DNA of 63,725 nt, counting the filler, from Candidatus Huberarchaeum crystalense (GTDB taxonomy: Archaea; Huberarchaeota; Huberarchaeia; Huberarchaeales; Huberarchaeaceae): NCBI GenBank assembly GCA_002790315.1. It is 5 parts of 5 records of this genome, joined end to end, with 100 filler letters (N's around TTAATTAATTAA, not from the genome) between each part and the next. Parts side by side here need not be neighbours in the genome. Positions count along the whole stretch, not along the records: positions 1 to 28,882 come from PFUW01000016.1; 4 more parts are not named here. The stretch is one strand, 5' to 3'. Shown here piece after piece: positions 1-10,149 of the stretch. A program made the translations under genes and the position numbers. Below the pieces are notes generated by a model, which did not search any database, was not told the origin of the DNA, and was given only the letters and a program-made list of their open reading frames with translations. Every line of letters starts with the position of its first letter. Positions within the stretch are counted from its first letter, which is position 1.

Positions 1-91
1 TTTGTTTTTCCTTAGGGAAAGATTTTTACTTTCCCATAAAATATTTATGTAAGAAATCTGTTAAAATTTTATTTGCACATTATCTTGACTT

Positions 92-394
92 ATGAAAGTG
101 CTACAAAAACATATGGAGCGAGTAAAAAAAGCAATTGAAGAAGGACGCGCGCAATTTGGCGCAAAGCAAAGTATTGAGGCAATGAAAAACAGAAACGCTG
201 AAATAGTTGTTGTGGCAAAGGATTCACCTGAATTTAAGAGCGCGCAATATTATCAACAGGCGGGGGGTGTTGAAATAATTACACTAGACCGAAGCGAAGA
301 CATACGCACTTTTTGCAAAAAACCATTTAAAATTAGCATGCTCGTTGTACTAAAAACAAAAAAAGCCAATAAAGCAGATAAGGACGAAAAATGA
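92..394 (+). CDS. rpl30e: 50S ribosomal protein eL30 (L7Ae/L30e family)
   Basis: KAIEEGRAQFGAKQSIEAMK...IVVVAKD...CKKPFKISMLVV matches the L30e pattern. Confidence 0.8.
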   Translation: MKVLQKHMERVKKAIEEGRAQFGAKQSIEAMKNRNAEIVVVAKDSPEFKSAQYYQQAGGVEIITLDRSEDIRTFCKKPFKISMLVVLKTKKANKADKDEK

Positions 395-561
395 GCAAAA
401 TACAAAGCCCTTTGAAAAAAAGGCGATTAGCAAAGGCAACAGCAAATGCTGGTCTATTTAGAACTGCACCTTATTGGATATTTCTTAAAACAAATCGCAA
501 AGTGGCTGGGGGGCCAACAATGCGCCACTGGCGAAGAAGAAAGGTCAAATTAAGGTTGTAA
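391..561 (+). CDS. rpl39e: 50S ribosomal protein eL39 (not in ORF track)
   Basis: Hand translation MSKIQSPLKKRRLAKAT...APYWIFLKTNRKV...RHWRRRKVKLRL; the KKRRLAKA, PxW and RHWRR motifs are diagnostic. Confidence 0.93.
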   Translation: MSKIQSPLKKRRLAKATANAGLFRTAPYWIFLKTNRKVAGGPTMRHWRRRKVKLRL

Positions 562-880
562 ATTGTGTAAATATATTAAGATGACAGGGCGTNNNNNNNN
601 CTTCCTAAAATTATTGAAGAACTAAAAAAATTTGAAAAAACAACAGTTAGTGGTTTATGTGGATCACCTATAATTTTTGTGAGCGAACTTTATAAAAATG
701 GTGATATCATAGGATATCTTCTGGGTAAGATTACTCCTAATATGGATATAACAGACAGAACAGGATTTGATGCAAAATTAGGGATTTTTGCTAAGTCTGA
801 ACATGACTTAAAATGTTGTTCTGAAATTTTAGAGAGCAAACTAGATTTTTGCCGCCAAGGTGTAAAAATTTAAAAACATT

Positions 881-2053
881 ATGAAAAAAATAATCACAAC
901 TGAGAAAATTCCAATTAAAATGTGGTTAGATGAGATTGAAGATGGCGCGCTCCAACAAGCCAAAAATCTTGCAAACCTGGCTTTTGCGTTTCATCACATT
1001 GCTTTGATGCCTGATACACATGTTGGTTTTGGCATGCCTATTGGGGGTGTTCTTGCAACAAAAGGTGTTGTTGTTGTTAATGCTGTTGGGGTTGATATTG
1101 GCTGCGGAATGTGCGCAGTTAAAACAAGTTTAAATGAGATATCGCGCGAGAAATTGATTTCAATTATGAAACAAATAAGGCAAGCAATTCCTGTTGGATT
1201 TAATAAGCACAAAGAAATGCAAGATCTAAACTTTATGCCTAGCGATTATGAAAAACTCAAAATTGTCAAAAAAGAGTTTAACAACGCCAGAAAATCTATT
1301 GGAACTTTAGGGGGAGGAAATCACTTTATTGAACTACAAAAAGGGTTAGATGGATATATTTGGATTATGCTTCATTCAGGAAGCAGAAATTTAGGACTAA
1401 AAGTTGCAGAACATTATAATAAAATTGCGCGTGAAAAATCATCTGAATTTGGTCAAAAATATGGTAATGTTCCAAAAGAATGGGACTTGGCATTTTTGCC
1501 GTTAGACACAGAAGACGGAAAAAACTATATGAATGAAATGAAATATTGTGTTGAATTTGCACTGGCAAACAGAAAATTGATGCTTGACAGAATAAAACAA
1601 ATTCTTAACAAATTGTTCGATGACTCAATTAAATACACAAATTTTATAAATATTGCCCATAATTATGCGTCTCTTGAAACACATTTTGGCAAAAAGGTGA
1701 TGATTCACAGAAAAGGCGCAACACTAGCAAGCAAAGAAACAATAGGAATTATTCCTGGAAATCAGGGAAGTAAAAGTTATATTGTCAAAGGCAAAGGAAA
1801 CAAAGAGAGTTTTGAGTCATGTTCTCATGGAGCAGGACGAATAATGGGTAGAAAAGAGGCAGTAAAAAATTTAGATTTAGAAAAAGAAATAAAAAAACTA
1901 AGGGATTTTGGTGTTATGCACAGCATAAGAAGCAAAGCAGATTTAGAAGAAGCGCCAGGTGCATATAAAAACATTGATGTTGTTATGGAAAATCAAAAAG
2001 ATTTAGTATATGTTTTGGTTGAGCTAACGCCAATAGCTATTATTAAGGGGTAA
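881..2053 (+). CDS. rtcB: RtcB RNA ligase, bacterial-type
   Basis: MPDxHxGxGxPIGG, VGVDIGCGM, GTLGGGNHFIE, HSGSR, HRKGAT, SHGAGR, EAPGAYK motifs. Confidence 0.96.
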   Translation: MKKIITTEKIPIKMWLDEIEDGALQQAKNLANLAFAFHHIALMPDTHVGFGMPIGGVLATKGVVVVNAVGVDIGCGMCAVKTSLNEISREKLISIMKQIRQAIPVGFNKHKEMQDLNFMPSDYEKLKIVKKEFNNARKSIGTLGGGNHFIELQKGLDGYIWIMLHSGSRNLGLKVAEHYNKIAREKSSEFGQKYGNVPKEWDLAFLPLDTEDGKNYMNEMKYCVEFALANRKLMLDRIKQILNKLFDDSIKYTNFINIAHNYASLETHFGKKVMIHRKGATLASKETIGIIPGNQGSKSYIVKGKGNKESFESCSHGAGRIMGRKEAVKNLDLEKEIKKLRDFGVMHSIRSKADLEEAPGAYKNIDVVMENQKDLVYVLVELTPIAIIKG

Positions 2054-2160
2054 TTTAGTAGATAATATGTTGATGAGTGATTTAGTAGATAATATAATAA
2101 ATATTTAATAACTAATTAACAATCTTTGTTTTTTGCGCGCTCTTTTTTAATTTTCATTGA

Positions 2161-2409
2161 TTATTGTTTGTTTTTTGCGCGCTTTTTCTCAACTTTGTAA
2201 GTTATATATTGTATTTTTTCTCCACATTTTTCGCACACATACACAACAATGTCTTTTCTTGGCAAAGATGTTTTGCCAATATAGCCACAAACACATTTAT
2301 ATTTAACTTGGATTTTGTCTGGCTCTTCTTTTGTTGCCCAAAGCATGCTCTTGGCTTTTTTGTCTGAAGTGCGCGCAAAAAACACCAAATCCTCTTGTTT
2401 TGGAAGCAT
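2161..2409 (-). CDS. small Zn-ribbon protein, function unknown
   Basis: CxC...CxxC motifs (YKCVCG, VCEKCG) and basic tail. Confidence 0.65.
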   Translation of the reverse strand: MLPKQEDLVFFARTSDKKAKSMLWATKEEPDKIQVKYKCVCGYIGKTSLPRKDIVVYVCEKCGEKIQYITYKVEKKRAKNKQ

Positions 2410-2452
2410 AATTCTCTTTATGATAGGAGTTTAAAAAGTTGCTAAAAATATT

Positions 2453-2683
2453 ATGGGAAATATCAGAATAAAGCAGATTAAAAAAACTGCGCGCGCACTT
2501 GTGGAAATAGCTGAGAATGAAATGTCTCCTGAATTTGAAAAAAATAAAGATGTTGCAAGCAAGTATTTTGAGTTTTCAAGCAAAAAACAGTGTAATTTAG
2601 TTGTTGGATATGCAACACATTTAAAAAACGCAAAGAAACGCAGAGAAGACAAAGAACTTGAAACCAGAGTTGTGATAAAATAG
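2453..2683 (+). CDS. rps17e: 30S ribosomal protein eS17
   Basis: MGNIRIKQIKKTARALVE...FEKNK...SKKQCNLVVGYAT. Confidence 0.93.
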   Translation: MGNIRIKQIKKTARALVEIAENEMSPEFEKNKDVASKYFEFSSKKQCNLVVGYATHLKNAKKRREDKELETRVVIK

Positions 2684-2780
2684 TGTGATTTGTGTATATA
2701 TAAAATTAAAAAATATGAATTTGCGCGCGTTAGACCTGTTGCAAAAACAAAATATAAATTATAGGCTCTAAAATAAGTTA

Positions 2781-4652
2781 TTACCCTACAAACTTTGGCC
2801 TTTTGCTTATCAACCTCGGCAAAGGCAGCGGCTTAAATGGCCTTTCTTTTGTTTCTTTCTTAATTTTTTTTATTAAATTTGCCACACTCATATTAAATAT
2901 TTTGCCATTGTCTGCGCGCGCCCTTATTTGTAAGGTGCTGTTTTCTCCATCTTCTTGCTCTTTATCACCAACAACAATCTGATACGGCACCCACTCTTGC
3001 TCTGCTTTCATTATTTTTTTCCCAAGTGTAGCATCAGTATCATCAATATCAACACGAATATTTTGCTTTTCAAGTTTATTAGCGAGATTCTCTGCAAATT
3101 TTAGGTGGTTTTCACTGCTAATAGGCAAAATGCGAATCTGAGTTGGTGAAAGCCAAAGTGGAAGAATAGAAATATTTCCTTTTTTTTGCTCTAAATGTGC
3201 TTTTTCAAGTAAAGCGTAAATATTTCTGTCAATTGCTCCAGAAATAGATGCATGAAGCATTATTGGATACTTTTTCTCTCCATCTTTATCTATATAGTTT
3301 ATATCAAATCTTTCGGTATTTTCAACATCTATCTGAACAGTTGAAAGAGCTGATGCTTTATCTGAAGCGTCAATAAAATTAAACTCAAATTTCATCACAA
3401 AGTAAAAAGGGCGCTCGTCCCACATCTCAATAAGTACTGGTTTTTTGATAGTACTAACAAGTTCTTTTGCAAAATCCTCGTTTTGATAATAAAAGTCTTT
3501 AACAAATCTTATTCCTACTTCATAAGGAAGTTCAATATCATTCATCCAATCCATCGATGCTTTGTATTGTAAATAAAACTCTTTTTTTGCTGCATTCATA
3601 TCAGCAACAAGCGTATGCATGTCAGGCATTGTAAATGCGCGCAATCTTTTCAAACCAACAAGTTCGCCTTTTTGCTCTTTTCTAAAAGAATAGTGTGTTA
3701 ATTCATATAATTTTATAGGTAATTGTTTGTATGAAAATACCATATCCTGACTTATTAAATATTGTCCAAAACAAGCAGAAAATCTTAAAAAAAGGTCTTT
3801 ATCTCCTGATTTTACAAGATAATGACGATTAGGGAATCTATTTAAATATTTGTGTAGTTGAGGGTGGGCGAGATCATACATTATTGGTGTTTCAACTTGC
3901 ATTCCCCCTAATTTAAACATTGTGTTGTTAATTTTTTCTTCTAAAAGTCGCTTGATAAGCGAACCCTTTGGATACCATCTCAAATTACCTACATCAGATC
4001 CTGATTCATAGTCAACTAATTCTAATGCGCGCATATATATAACATGGGCAGGAGTTTGAGCATATGTTCTGACTTTTTTGACCTCATAATCTACAAATTT
4101 TTTAAGATTTTCGTGACTAGTGAAATCAAATTCTTCAGCAGGTGTTAATTTTCCATCAACATTTAAAATATACCAATATGATTTTAATTTTTCCTCTGCT
4201 TTTAAAGCAAGGTTTTGCTCTTCCTTATTTTCTTTCTCAACTGTAATTTCTCTGCTAAGCTCAGAAAGAGGATGGCCTTTACATCTTAACTCAAACGCTT
4301 TATAATAACCAAAAGGCGCTTTTTTAACAGGAGCAATTTCTTTGATCTTTTCAACCAAAGCATTCAGAATTTTGTTGCTCGGATAAGCTGGAGCTAAATT
4401 TGAGGATAAATGCGCGTAAGGGTAAATTACAATTTCTTTGGCTTTAACTTGGTTATAAATTGATAATATCTCTTTTGTGGTGTTTTCAACAATCTTTATC
4501 TCATTGAATTCATCGCCTTTTTCAACAGATATAAAAACAACAAGCGCATCTTCTGCATTAAATGGTTGTGCGTCTTGGTCATAGCCAGATTCAAGTGCTT
4601 TTGCTTGTGGTTCAACCTTTATATAATCGCTGTGGATCGTTAGTATGTGCAT
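2781..4652 (-). CDS. thrS: threonyl-tRNA synthetase, archaeal type with N-terminal editing domain
   Basis: YPYAHLSS, APFGYYKAFELRCKGHPLSELSR, LRFSACFGQ, FRKEQKGEL, RAFTMPDMH. Confidence 0.97.
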   Translation of the reverse strand: MHILTIHSDYIKVEPQAKALESGYDQDAQPFNAEDALVVFISVEKGDEFNEIKIVENTTKEILSIYNQVKAKEIVIYPYAHLSSNLAPAYPSNKILNALVEKIKEIAPVKKAPFGYYKAFELRCKGHPLSELSREITVEKENKEEQNLALKAEEKLKSYWYILNVDGKLTPAEEFDFTSHENLKKFVDYEVKKVRTYAQTPAHVIYMRALELVDYESGSDVGNLRWYPKGSLIKRLLEEKINNTMFKLGGMQVETPIMYDLAHPQLHKYLNRFPNRHYLVKSGDKDLFLRFSACFGQYLISQDMVFSYKQLPIKLYELTHYSFRKEQKGELVGLKRLRAFTMPDMHTLVADMNAAKKEFYLQYKASMDWMNDIELPYEVGIRFVKDFYYQNEDFAKELVSTIKKPVLIEMWDERPFYFVMKFEFNFIDASDKASALSTVQIDVENTERFDINYIDKDGEKKYPIMLHASISGAIDRNIYALLEKAHLEQKKGNISILPLWLSPTQIRILPISSENHLKFAENLANKLEKQNIRVDIDDTDATLGKKIMKAEQEWVPYQIVVGDKEQEDGENSTLQIRARADNGKIFNMSVANLIKKIKKETKERPFKPLPLPRLISKRPKFVG

Positions 4653-4750
4653 ATATTTTTATATAACTTTTGCTTAAAAACCAACAAGCACAAACAGAAG
4701 TATAAACAACTTACAAATTTAAATCAAATTTAATTTCAAAAAACATAGTT

Positions 4751-4930
4751 TTATGAAAAAATTACTTTTGCAAACACCCAAATCAACAAAGCTATAACTC
4801 CTACAAGCAAAAACCCAATAAGTGTAACTATCAATGATTGTTTGAGTTCTCCATCAGATGGTTTTTTGAGAATAATTAGGATTCGGTAGCATCGTTCTAA
4901 ATAGTTTTTAATTGCTTGTAAGTTTACCAT
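4751..4930 (-). CDS. secE: preprotein translocase SecE/Sec61-gamma (not in ORF track)
   Basis: Hand translation MVNLQAIKNYLERCYRILIILKKPSDGELKQSLIVTLIGFLLVGVIALLIW: KKP motif followed by one C-terminal TM helix. Confidence 0.9.
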   Translation of the reverse strand: MVNLQAIKNYLERCYRILIILKKPSDGELKQSLIVTLIGFLLVGVIALLIWVFAKVIFS

Positions 4931-4951
4931 AATTTTATTTATTTGGTTGCA

Positions 4952-5149
4952 TGGGCTTGCGGAGACTCGAACTCCGGGCCTCCGGTTTTCTCAGAGCAAG
5001 TACAGCACGAGCTGCACTTATAAAAACTTGCTTGCAAACCAAAGTAAGCAAAGTATGAACCTGCTTACAAACATTGCAAACTAATTCAAGTTTCTTACAG
5101 AAACTTAGTCATATAAGACCGGCGCTCTAACCACCTGAGCTACAAGCCC
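4952..5149 (-). tRNA. tRNA-Ile(UAU) with a 124-nt intron (4988-5111) at position 37/38
   Basis: GGGCTTG/CAAGCCC acceptor stem, anticodon arm CCGGT-CT TAT A^A-ACCGG, GTTCGAGTC T-loop; bulge-helix-bulge with CTTA/TGAG central helix. Confidence 0.9.
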
Positions 5150-5185
5150 ATAAAATTTTTAATATGAAATCAATACAAAAAGATT

Positions 5186-5815
5186 ATGTCTAAAACAGAA
5201 ATTGTACAAAAAGAACTAGCCAAAACTCCTTTTTATGAAAAAAAAGATAAACCAAAACCAATGAATATTGAAGAAGCGCGCGTAGAAATTGACAAGCAAA
5301 TATTTGAAAAGCAGTCGGGCTATATGAAAAGCCGCGCACTTTATTCGCATGGTAAAATTTGGAAAAGTTATAAAGAGTTTGCATATGTTGGATCAAAAAT
5401 AGGAAAAATTCTTGATCTGACAAAAATAGATAATAAAATTAAAAACATAGCAAAAATGCTTAAAAATTATAAAGATCAGAAAATAATACTTTTTTCAAAA
5501 AATCCAAATGATATGTCTATACAGCAATTAGCCGAAATTCTTGGATGTGATATTAAGTCATCTTACAGCGCAGGTAATCTTACAAACACAAATGTAAAGG
5601 ATTTTTTAGATATAGATTTAATTTTTATGTTTGACTTTTACTCTGACTATCTTATTAAAGATGCGATTCAGCTTGGATTACCTATTATTGCATTAGTAGA
5701 ACCAAGCAATGAGGAATCAAAAGGTATAACTTTGTTTTTACCTTGCAACAAATATTTCAGACCTGCGCGCGCATTTATCGCCAAACAAATAGCAACTTAT
5801 TATTTAGAAAGCTAA
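5186..5815 (+). CDS. rps2: 30S ribosomal protein uS2 (divergent)
   Basis: ILDLTKIDNKIK, AGNLTN, KDAIQLGLPIIALV, LPCNK motifs. Confidence 0.8.
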   Translation: MSKTEIVQKELAKTPFYEKKDKPKPMNIEEARVEIDKQIFEKQSGYMKSRALYSHGKIWKSYKEFAYVGSKIGKILDLTKIDNKIKNIAKMLKNYKDQKIILFSKNPNDMSIQQLAEILGCDIKSSYSAGNLTNTNVKDFLDIDLIFMFDFYSDYLIKDAIQLGLPIIALVEPSNEESKGITLFLPCNKYFRPARAFIAKQIATYYLES

Positions 5816-5897
5816 ATATTTCCATTAAAGAGATAACAACTTATTATTTAGAAAGCTAAATATTTCCATTAAAGAGATAGCAACTTATTATTTAGAA
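5791..5897. repeat. 44-bp tandem repeat (about 2.4 copies) overlapping the rps2 stop codon
   Basis: agcaacttattatttagaaagctaaatatttccattaaagagat at 5791 and 5835, partial copy at 5879. Confidence 0.9.
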
Positions 5898-6262
5898 GCA
5901 TAATCTATATAAATAAAATAATAAAATATAAATAAAATAAATTTTAAAATCTTAGAATTTGTTGTGCATATATCTTAAATTATTGCTCTTGTTTATTTTT
6001 TGTCAACTTCTCTAACTTTTCTTGTGCTTGTTGTATTGTGCGCTCCAAAACTTCTTTTATCTTTTTTCCATCTTCTATGCGGTGCTNNNNNNNNNNNNNN
6101 NNNNTTGGTTTAGTGCTATTTCTTGTTCAACTTTATTTTCAGGAGAGTCTTGTTTGTTAGGAGTTTTTTCTACCATATTATTTATATAATAATATTATAT
6201 TTTACAATAATGAAAAATAAAAAACCAAAATAACTTTTAAAATCACATTTAATAAAAAAACT

Positions 6263-7282
6263 ATGAAATTATTGTCTTTTAATCCAAAAATTCAAGAAGT
6301 CAAACTTCAGCCAGACAATTATGAAGATCTTGCTTTGCTTTGTCGGATTTTGTGCAAAGGAGATATTTTGGTTGGAAAGGCTCGGAGGAAAATTGAAATA
6401 AGTGAAGAAGGTGAAAGACCGCGCGCAAAAATTGAAATTTTCAATGCTACTATTCAAATTAACAGCATTAAATTTCAAGAGAGTAGTGTGCTTCATGCTT
6501 CTGGAATTTTACAGGACGGAAAGCAAAAAGGTAAATTCCAATCAATATCTGTTGATGTTGGTTGTTCTTATTTTATAAAAAAAAGGCAATGGCAGGCATG
6601 GGAAATTGATAAAATTAAACAACATGAAAAAGCAACAAAGCCACTGGTTTTTATAGGAGTTGAGCAAGATGAGATTAATTTTTTTGTAATGGGGCGCGAA
6701 ATAAAACACTTGGCTAAAATTAATTACAATGCTATTGCAAAGGACTTTGGGCAAACAACAAGCAAATGGGACACTGTAAAATTTTTTAAAGAAATTCAAG
6801 ATCTAAACCAACAATTTAATTTTGAGTCAGTCGTGGTTTTTGGGCCTGGATTTTGGAAAGAAATAGTGGCAAAAAGTTTAGAAGATAAAAAACTTCATCT
6901 AAAAATTTTTATAGAAGGATCATCAAGCGGCGACGAACATGGACTTTTTGAAATTATGCGGCAAGGAAGAATAAACAAAATAGAAAAAAATCAACAACAA
7001 GCAAAAGAATTTGAACTTTGGGAAACTTTTTTAGGATGTGTCGGACGCAATGAAAAGGTCACTTATGGTTTGGAGAATCTAAAAAAAGCAATAGAAATAG
7101 GTGCTGTTGAAAATTTGCTTATAAGTCAGACATTTTTAAGAGATAAAATTATTGTAGATTTAATACAAGATGCAGAAAAAAAGCACGCAAAAATCTTCAT
7201 TATTTCACACTCATTTGTAAGGACACAACTTGATGGTTTTGGCGGGGTCGCAGCATTTTTAAGATGGAATTTATATTCATAA
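6263..7282 (+). CDS. pelA: mRNA surveillance protein pelota (Dom34/eRF1 family)
   Basis: PDNYEDLALL...GD, FGPGFWK, VTYGLENLKKAIEIGAVENLLIS, QLDGFGGVAAFLRW. Confidence 0.92.
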   Translation: MKLLSFNPKIQEVKLQPDNYEDLALLCRILCKGDILVGKARRKIEISEEGERPRAKIEIFNATIQINSIKFQESSVLHASGILQDGKQKGKFQSISVDVGCSYFIKKRQWQAWEIDKIKQHEKATKPLVFIGVEQDEINFFVMGREIKHLAKINYNAIAKDFGQTTSKWDTVKFFKEIQDLNQQFNFESVVVFGPGFWKEIVAKSLEDKKLHLKIFIEGSSSGDEHGLFEIMRQGRINKIEKNQQQAKEFELWETFLGCVGRNEKVTYGLENLKKAIEIGAVENLLISQTFLRDKIIVDLIQDAEKKHAKIFIISHSFVRTQLDGFGGVAAFLRWNLYS

Positions 7283-7298
7283 ATTTACCAAAAAAAAT

Positions 7299-8576
7299 AT
7301 GAAAATATTCGCAGATCTACATATTCATAGCAAACATTCGCGCGCATGTTCAACTTCAATGGATATTGAGCATATTGCAAAATACTCTAAAATCAAAGGC
7401 CTAAATCTTGTTGGAACAGGTGATTTTACTCATCCTATTTGGATAAAAGAACTAAAAGAAAAACTTATTGATTTAGGAAAGGGTATTTTTCAGGATAAAA
7501 TATATAATCAAAATTTTGTGCTTCAAACAGAAATATCTTTAGTATATACTCAAAATAAAAAAGGCAGGAGAGTTCATCTTGTTGTTCTTGCGCCAAGTTT
7601 TGAAATTGTTGATAAAATCACAAATTACTTGCTAAAAAGAGGAAGAATTGATTATGATGGCCGCCCAATTTTTAACATTTCTTGCAGAGATTTTACAAAA
7701 GACATATTAGAAATTTCAAACAATATTGAAATTATTCCTGCGCATATATGGACGCCTTGGTTTGGTTTGTTCGGCTCAAAATCTGGCTTTGATTCTGTTA
7801 AAGAGTGTTTTGGTGATCAAGCAGACCACATCCATAGCCTTGAAACAGGATTGTCAGCAGATCCTGAAATGTTTTGGCGAGTTAGTTCTTTGGATAAATA
7901 TACAATATTGTCAAGTTCTGATTGTCATAGTTTTTGGCCATGGAGAATCGGAAGAGAAGCAACAATTTTTGAATTTGATAAGATAACATATGAAAATTTA
8001 ATAAATGCAATAAGAACAAAAAAAGGTTACATAGGAACTATTGAAGTTGATCCTGCTTATGGAAAATATCATTTTGATGGGCACAGAAATTGCAATATAT
8101 CTTACTCTCCTGAAGAAAGCAAAAAACACAACAAACTTTGTCCTGTTTGTGGAAAACCACTAATAATAGGGGTGTTGGCGCGCGTTGAAGTGTTGGCTGA
8201 CAGATTAGAAAAATATAAATTAACGGGTGCAGCAGAATACAAAAGGCTAATTCCTTTGATTGAACTTTTAAGTTTTGCGCGCAAAAAAGGTATAACAAGC
8301 AAAAATATTCAAACCGAATATTTTGATACTGTCAGCAAATTCAACAATGAGTTTGAAATTTTATTAAATGTTTCAGAAAAAGATTTAAAATTAGTTTTTG
8401 ACGAGCAAGTTGTTGAGTTAATTTTAAAAAATAGGATAGGAAAAATTGAGGTTGTACCAGGATATGATGGGGTTTATGGAGTGATAAAACCAGATAATAG
8501 CAACACTATAAATAAAAAGAATATTGAAAATAAAAAAGTTTTTTCCAAATATCAAAAACAAAGAACTTTAGAATAA
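7299..8576 (+). CDS. endoQ: endonuclease Q family (PHP domain plus Zn finger)
   Basis: ADLHIHSKHSRA, GTGDFTHP, PAHIWTPWF, ETGLSAD, SSDCHS, GKYHFDGHRNC, CPVCG, PGYDGVYG. Confidence 0.9.
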   Translation: MKIFADLHIHSKHSRACSTSMDIEHIAKYSKIKGLNLVGTGDFTHPIWIKELKEKLIDLGKGIFQDKIYNQNFVLQTEISLVYTQNKKGRRVHLVVLAPSFEIVDKITNYLLKRGRIDYDGRPIFNISCRDFTKDILEISNNIEIIPAHIWTPWFGLFGSKSGFDSVKECFGDQADHIHSLETGLSADPEMFWRVSSLDKYTILSSSDCHSFWPWRIGREATIFEFDKITYENLINAIRTKKGYIGTIEVDPAYGKYHFDGHRNCNISYSPEESKKHNKLCPVCGKPLIIGVLARVEVLADRLEKYKLTGAAEYKRLIPLIELLSFARKKGITSKNIQTEYFDTVSKFNNEFEILLNVSEKDLKLVFDEQVVELILKNRIGKIEVVPGYDGVYGVIKPDNSNTINKKNIENKKVFSKYQKQRTLE

Positions 8577-8636
8577 ATAAACAACAGCATATTTTTAGCA
8601 CAGGATTATTTATAATATATGTAATACTTGTACTGA

Positions 8637-8732
8637 AAAATTATACAAATTAAAATAATTCAAATCACAAAATTATACAAATTAAAATAATTCAAATCAC
8701 AAAATTATACAAATTAAAATAATTCAAATCAC
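8637..8732. repeat. 32-bp tandem repeat, 3 copies, running into an N gap
   Basis: ttatacaaattaaaataattcaaatcacaaaa at 8641, 8673 and 8705. Confidence 0.9.
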
Positions 8733-8756
8733 NNNNNNNNNTTTAAAGAAAGTATT

Positions 8757-10121
8757 GTGTATGCTGCGTACTTTTTAGGTCTGCTTGCACCCTTTTTTTT
8801 ATTGCCTATAGGTATAGCAGTTTATTTTGGTGAACGCCTCGCAGCAGTTGGTTTTTTTCTTGTTTTTTTAATTTTAGTTGGGTTTTGGTATTTTTTGCGA
8901 AAAAGTGTTTCTGTTAAAGATTTTAGCAAAAGAACATATTTGCTTGTTTTGTTTTTAGTATTTCCAATAGGAGCTATGGTTTGCTCAATACCATTTTTAT
9001 TCGAAGGATTTGGATTTTTTGCATCTATTTTTGATGCTATGAGTGGTTGGACAACAACAGGAGTAACTTTACATAGTGGAGAAATCAGCCAGAGTTTGTT
9101 GTTTTTTCGGAGTTTTTTAGAGTGGGTTGGGGGTATGGGTTTTATATTTTTTGCATTTCTTATTTTAAAATCACCTTTTCAGCAAGATGAGCATAAAGTG
9201 TATATTGATAAAATTAAAAATATTCGGGGGATTTCTATAAAATCATTTACTCAAAAAATTTTTGGTGTTTATGTTATACTTACTGGGGCGTGCTTTCTTT
9301 TACTTTTAATGTCAGGAATGACATGGTTTGATGCAATTAATTTAGCGATGGTCACACTTTCAACAGGTGGATTTTTTTGGTATTCTTCTTTTTCAGATAT
9401 TCAAAAAATAATTTTAATTATTTTTATGTTGCTTGGAGCATCTTGCTTTGTTCTGTTTTTGATACGAAAAAATTTTATAAAATCTTTGTTAAATAATATT
9501 GAATTTAAGGTTATGGTTGTTGTAATTTTTGTAGGGGGTTGTATTTTTGCAATAGATTCAGATATTATTTCTTCTGTTTTTTTGGCAACATCTGCGTTGT
9601 CAGGAACAGGAATTATTACAAACAATATAGATCTTACTCAAATATCTCCATTTGCTATTTTGTTACTTTTTGGCTTTATGATTACAGGGGGAAGTTATTC
9701 TTCAACAACTGGCGGGCTAAAAATATGGAGAATTATTATTTTATTTAAGACAATTTACGCAGAAATCAAAAAGTATTTGTTGCCTGAAAATGCTGTTATT
9801 CCTGTTATTTTTGAACACAATGTAATTGATAAAAAAGAAATACATAATGTGTTTGTGTATATTAGTATTTTTTTTATGGTTTTGTTTGGTTCAGCAGTAA
9901 TTTTTTTAGTTTTTGGAGGATTAAATTTTTTTGATTCTTTATTTACAGCAGCAGCTTTTTTGTCAAACGCCGGAATTATGATTATAGATATAACTTCTTT
10001 GTCGTTTGTGTCTCAATTGTTGTGTTTCTTTTTAATGTGGATGGGCAGAATTGAAATTTTGGGCTTTTTAGTTTTTGTTAGCAGTGTGCTTTATGTAATA
10101 AAAGAGCGCGCCAATTACTAA
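8757..10121 (+). CDS. trkH: Trk potassium uptake membrane protein (5' end probably in the gap)
   Basis: Multi-TM protein with pore motifs SGWTTTG, LSTGGF, SGTG, GGSYSSTTGGLK, SNAG, MWMGRIE. Confidence 0.93.
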   Translation: MYAAYFLGLLAPFFLLPIGIAVYFGERLAAVGFFLVFLILVGFWYFLRKSVSVKDFSKRTYLLVLFLVFPIGAMVCSIPFLFEGFGFFASIFDAMSGWTTTGVTLHSGEISQSLLFFRSFLEWVGGMGFIFFAFLILKSPFQQDEHKVYIDKIKNIRGISIKSFTQKIFGVYVILTGACFLLLLMSGMTWFDAINLAMVTLSTGGFFWYSSFSDIQKIILIIFMLLGASCFVLFLIRKNFIKSLLNNIEFKVMVVVIFVGGCIFAIDSDIISSVFLATSALSGTGIITNNIDLTQISPFAILLLFGFMITGGSYSSTTGGLKIWRIIILFKTIYAEIKKYLLPENAVIPVIFEHNVIDKKEIHNVFVYISIFFMVLFGSAVIFLVFGGLNFFDSLFTAAAFLSNAGIMIIDITSLSFVSQLLCFFLMWMGRIEILGFLVFVSSVLYVIKERANY

Positions 10122-10149
10122 GAATATTCTTTATAAGTATAAAAATATT

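Noticed and set aside
601-873. ORF fragment before rtcB
   Set aside because: It begins at an N gap and has no motif I can recognise, so no product can be supported.
8637-8732. 32-bp repeat as a functional array
   Set aside because: Identical head-to-tail copies ending at an N gap; a simple VNTR or assembly effect.
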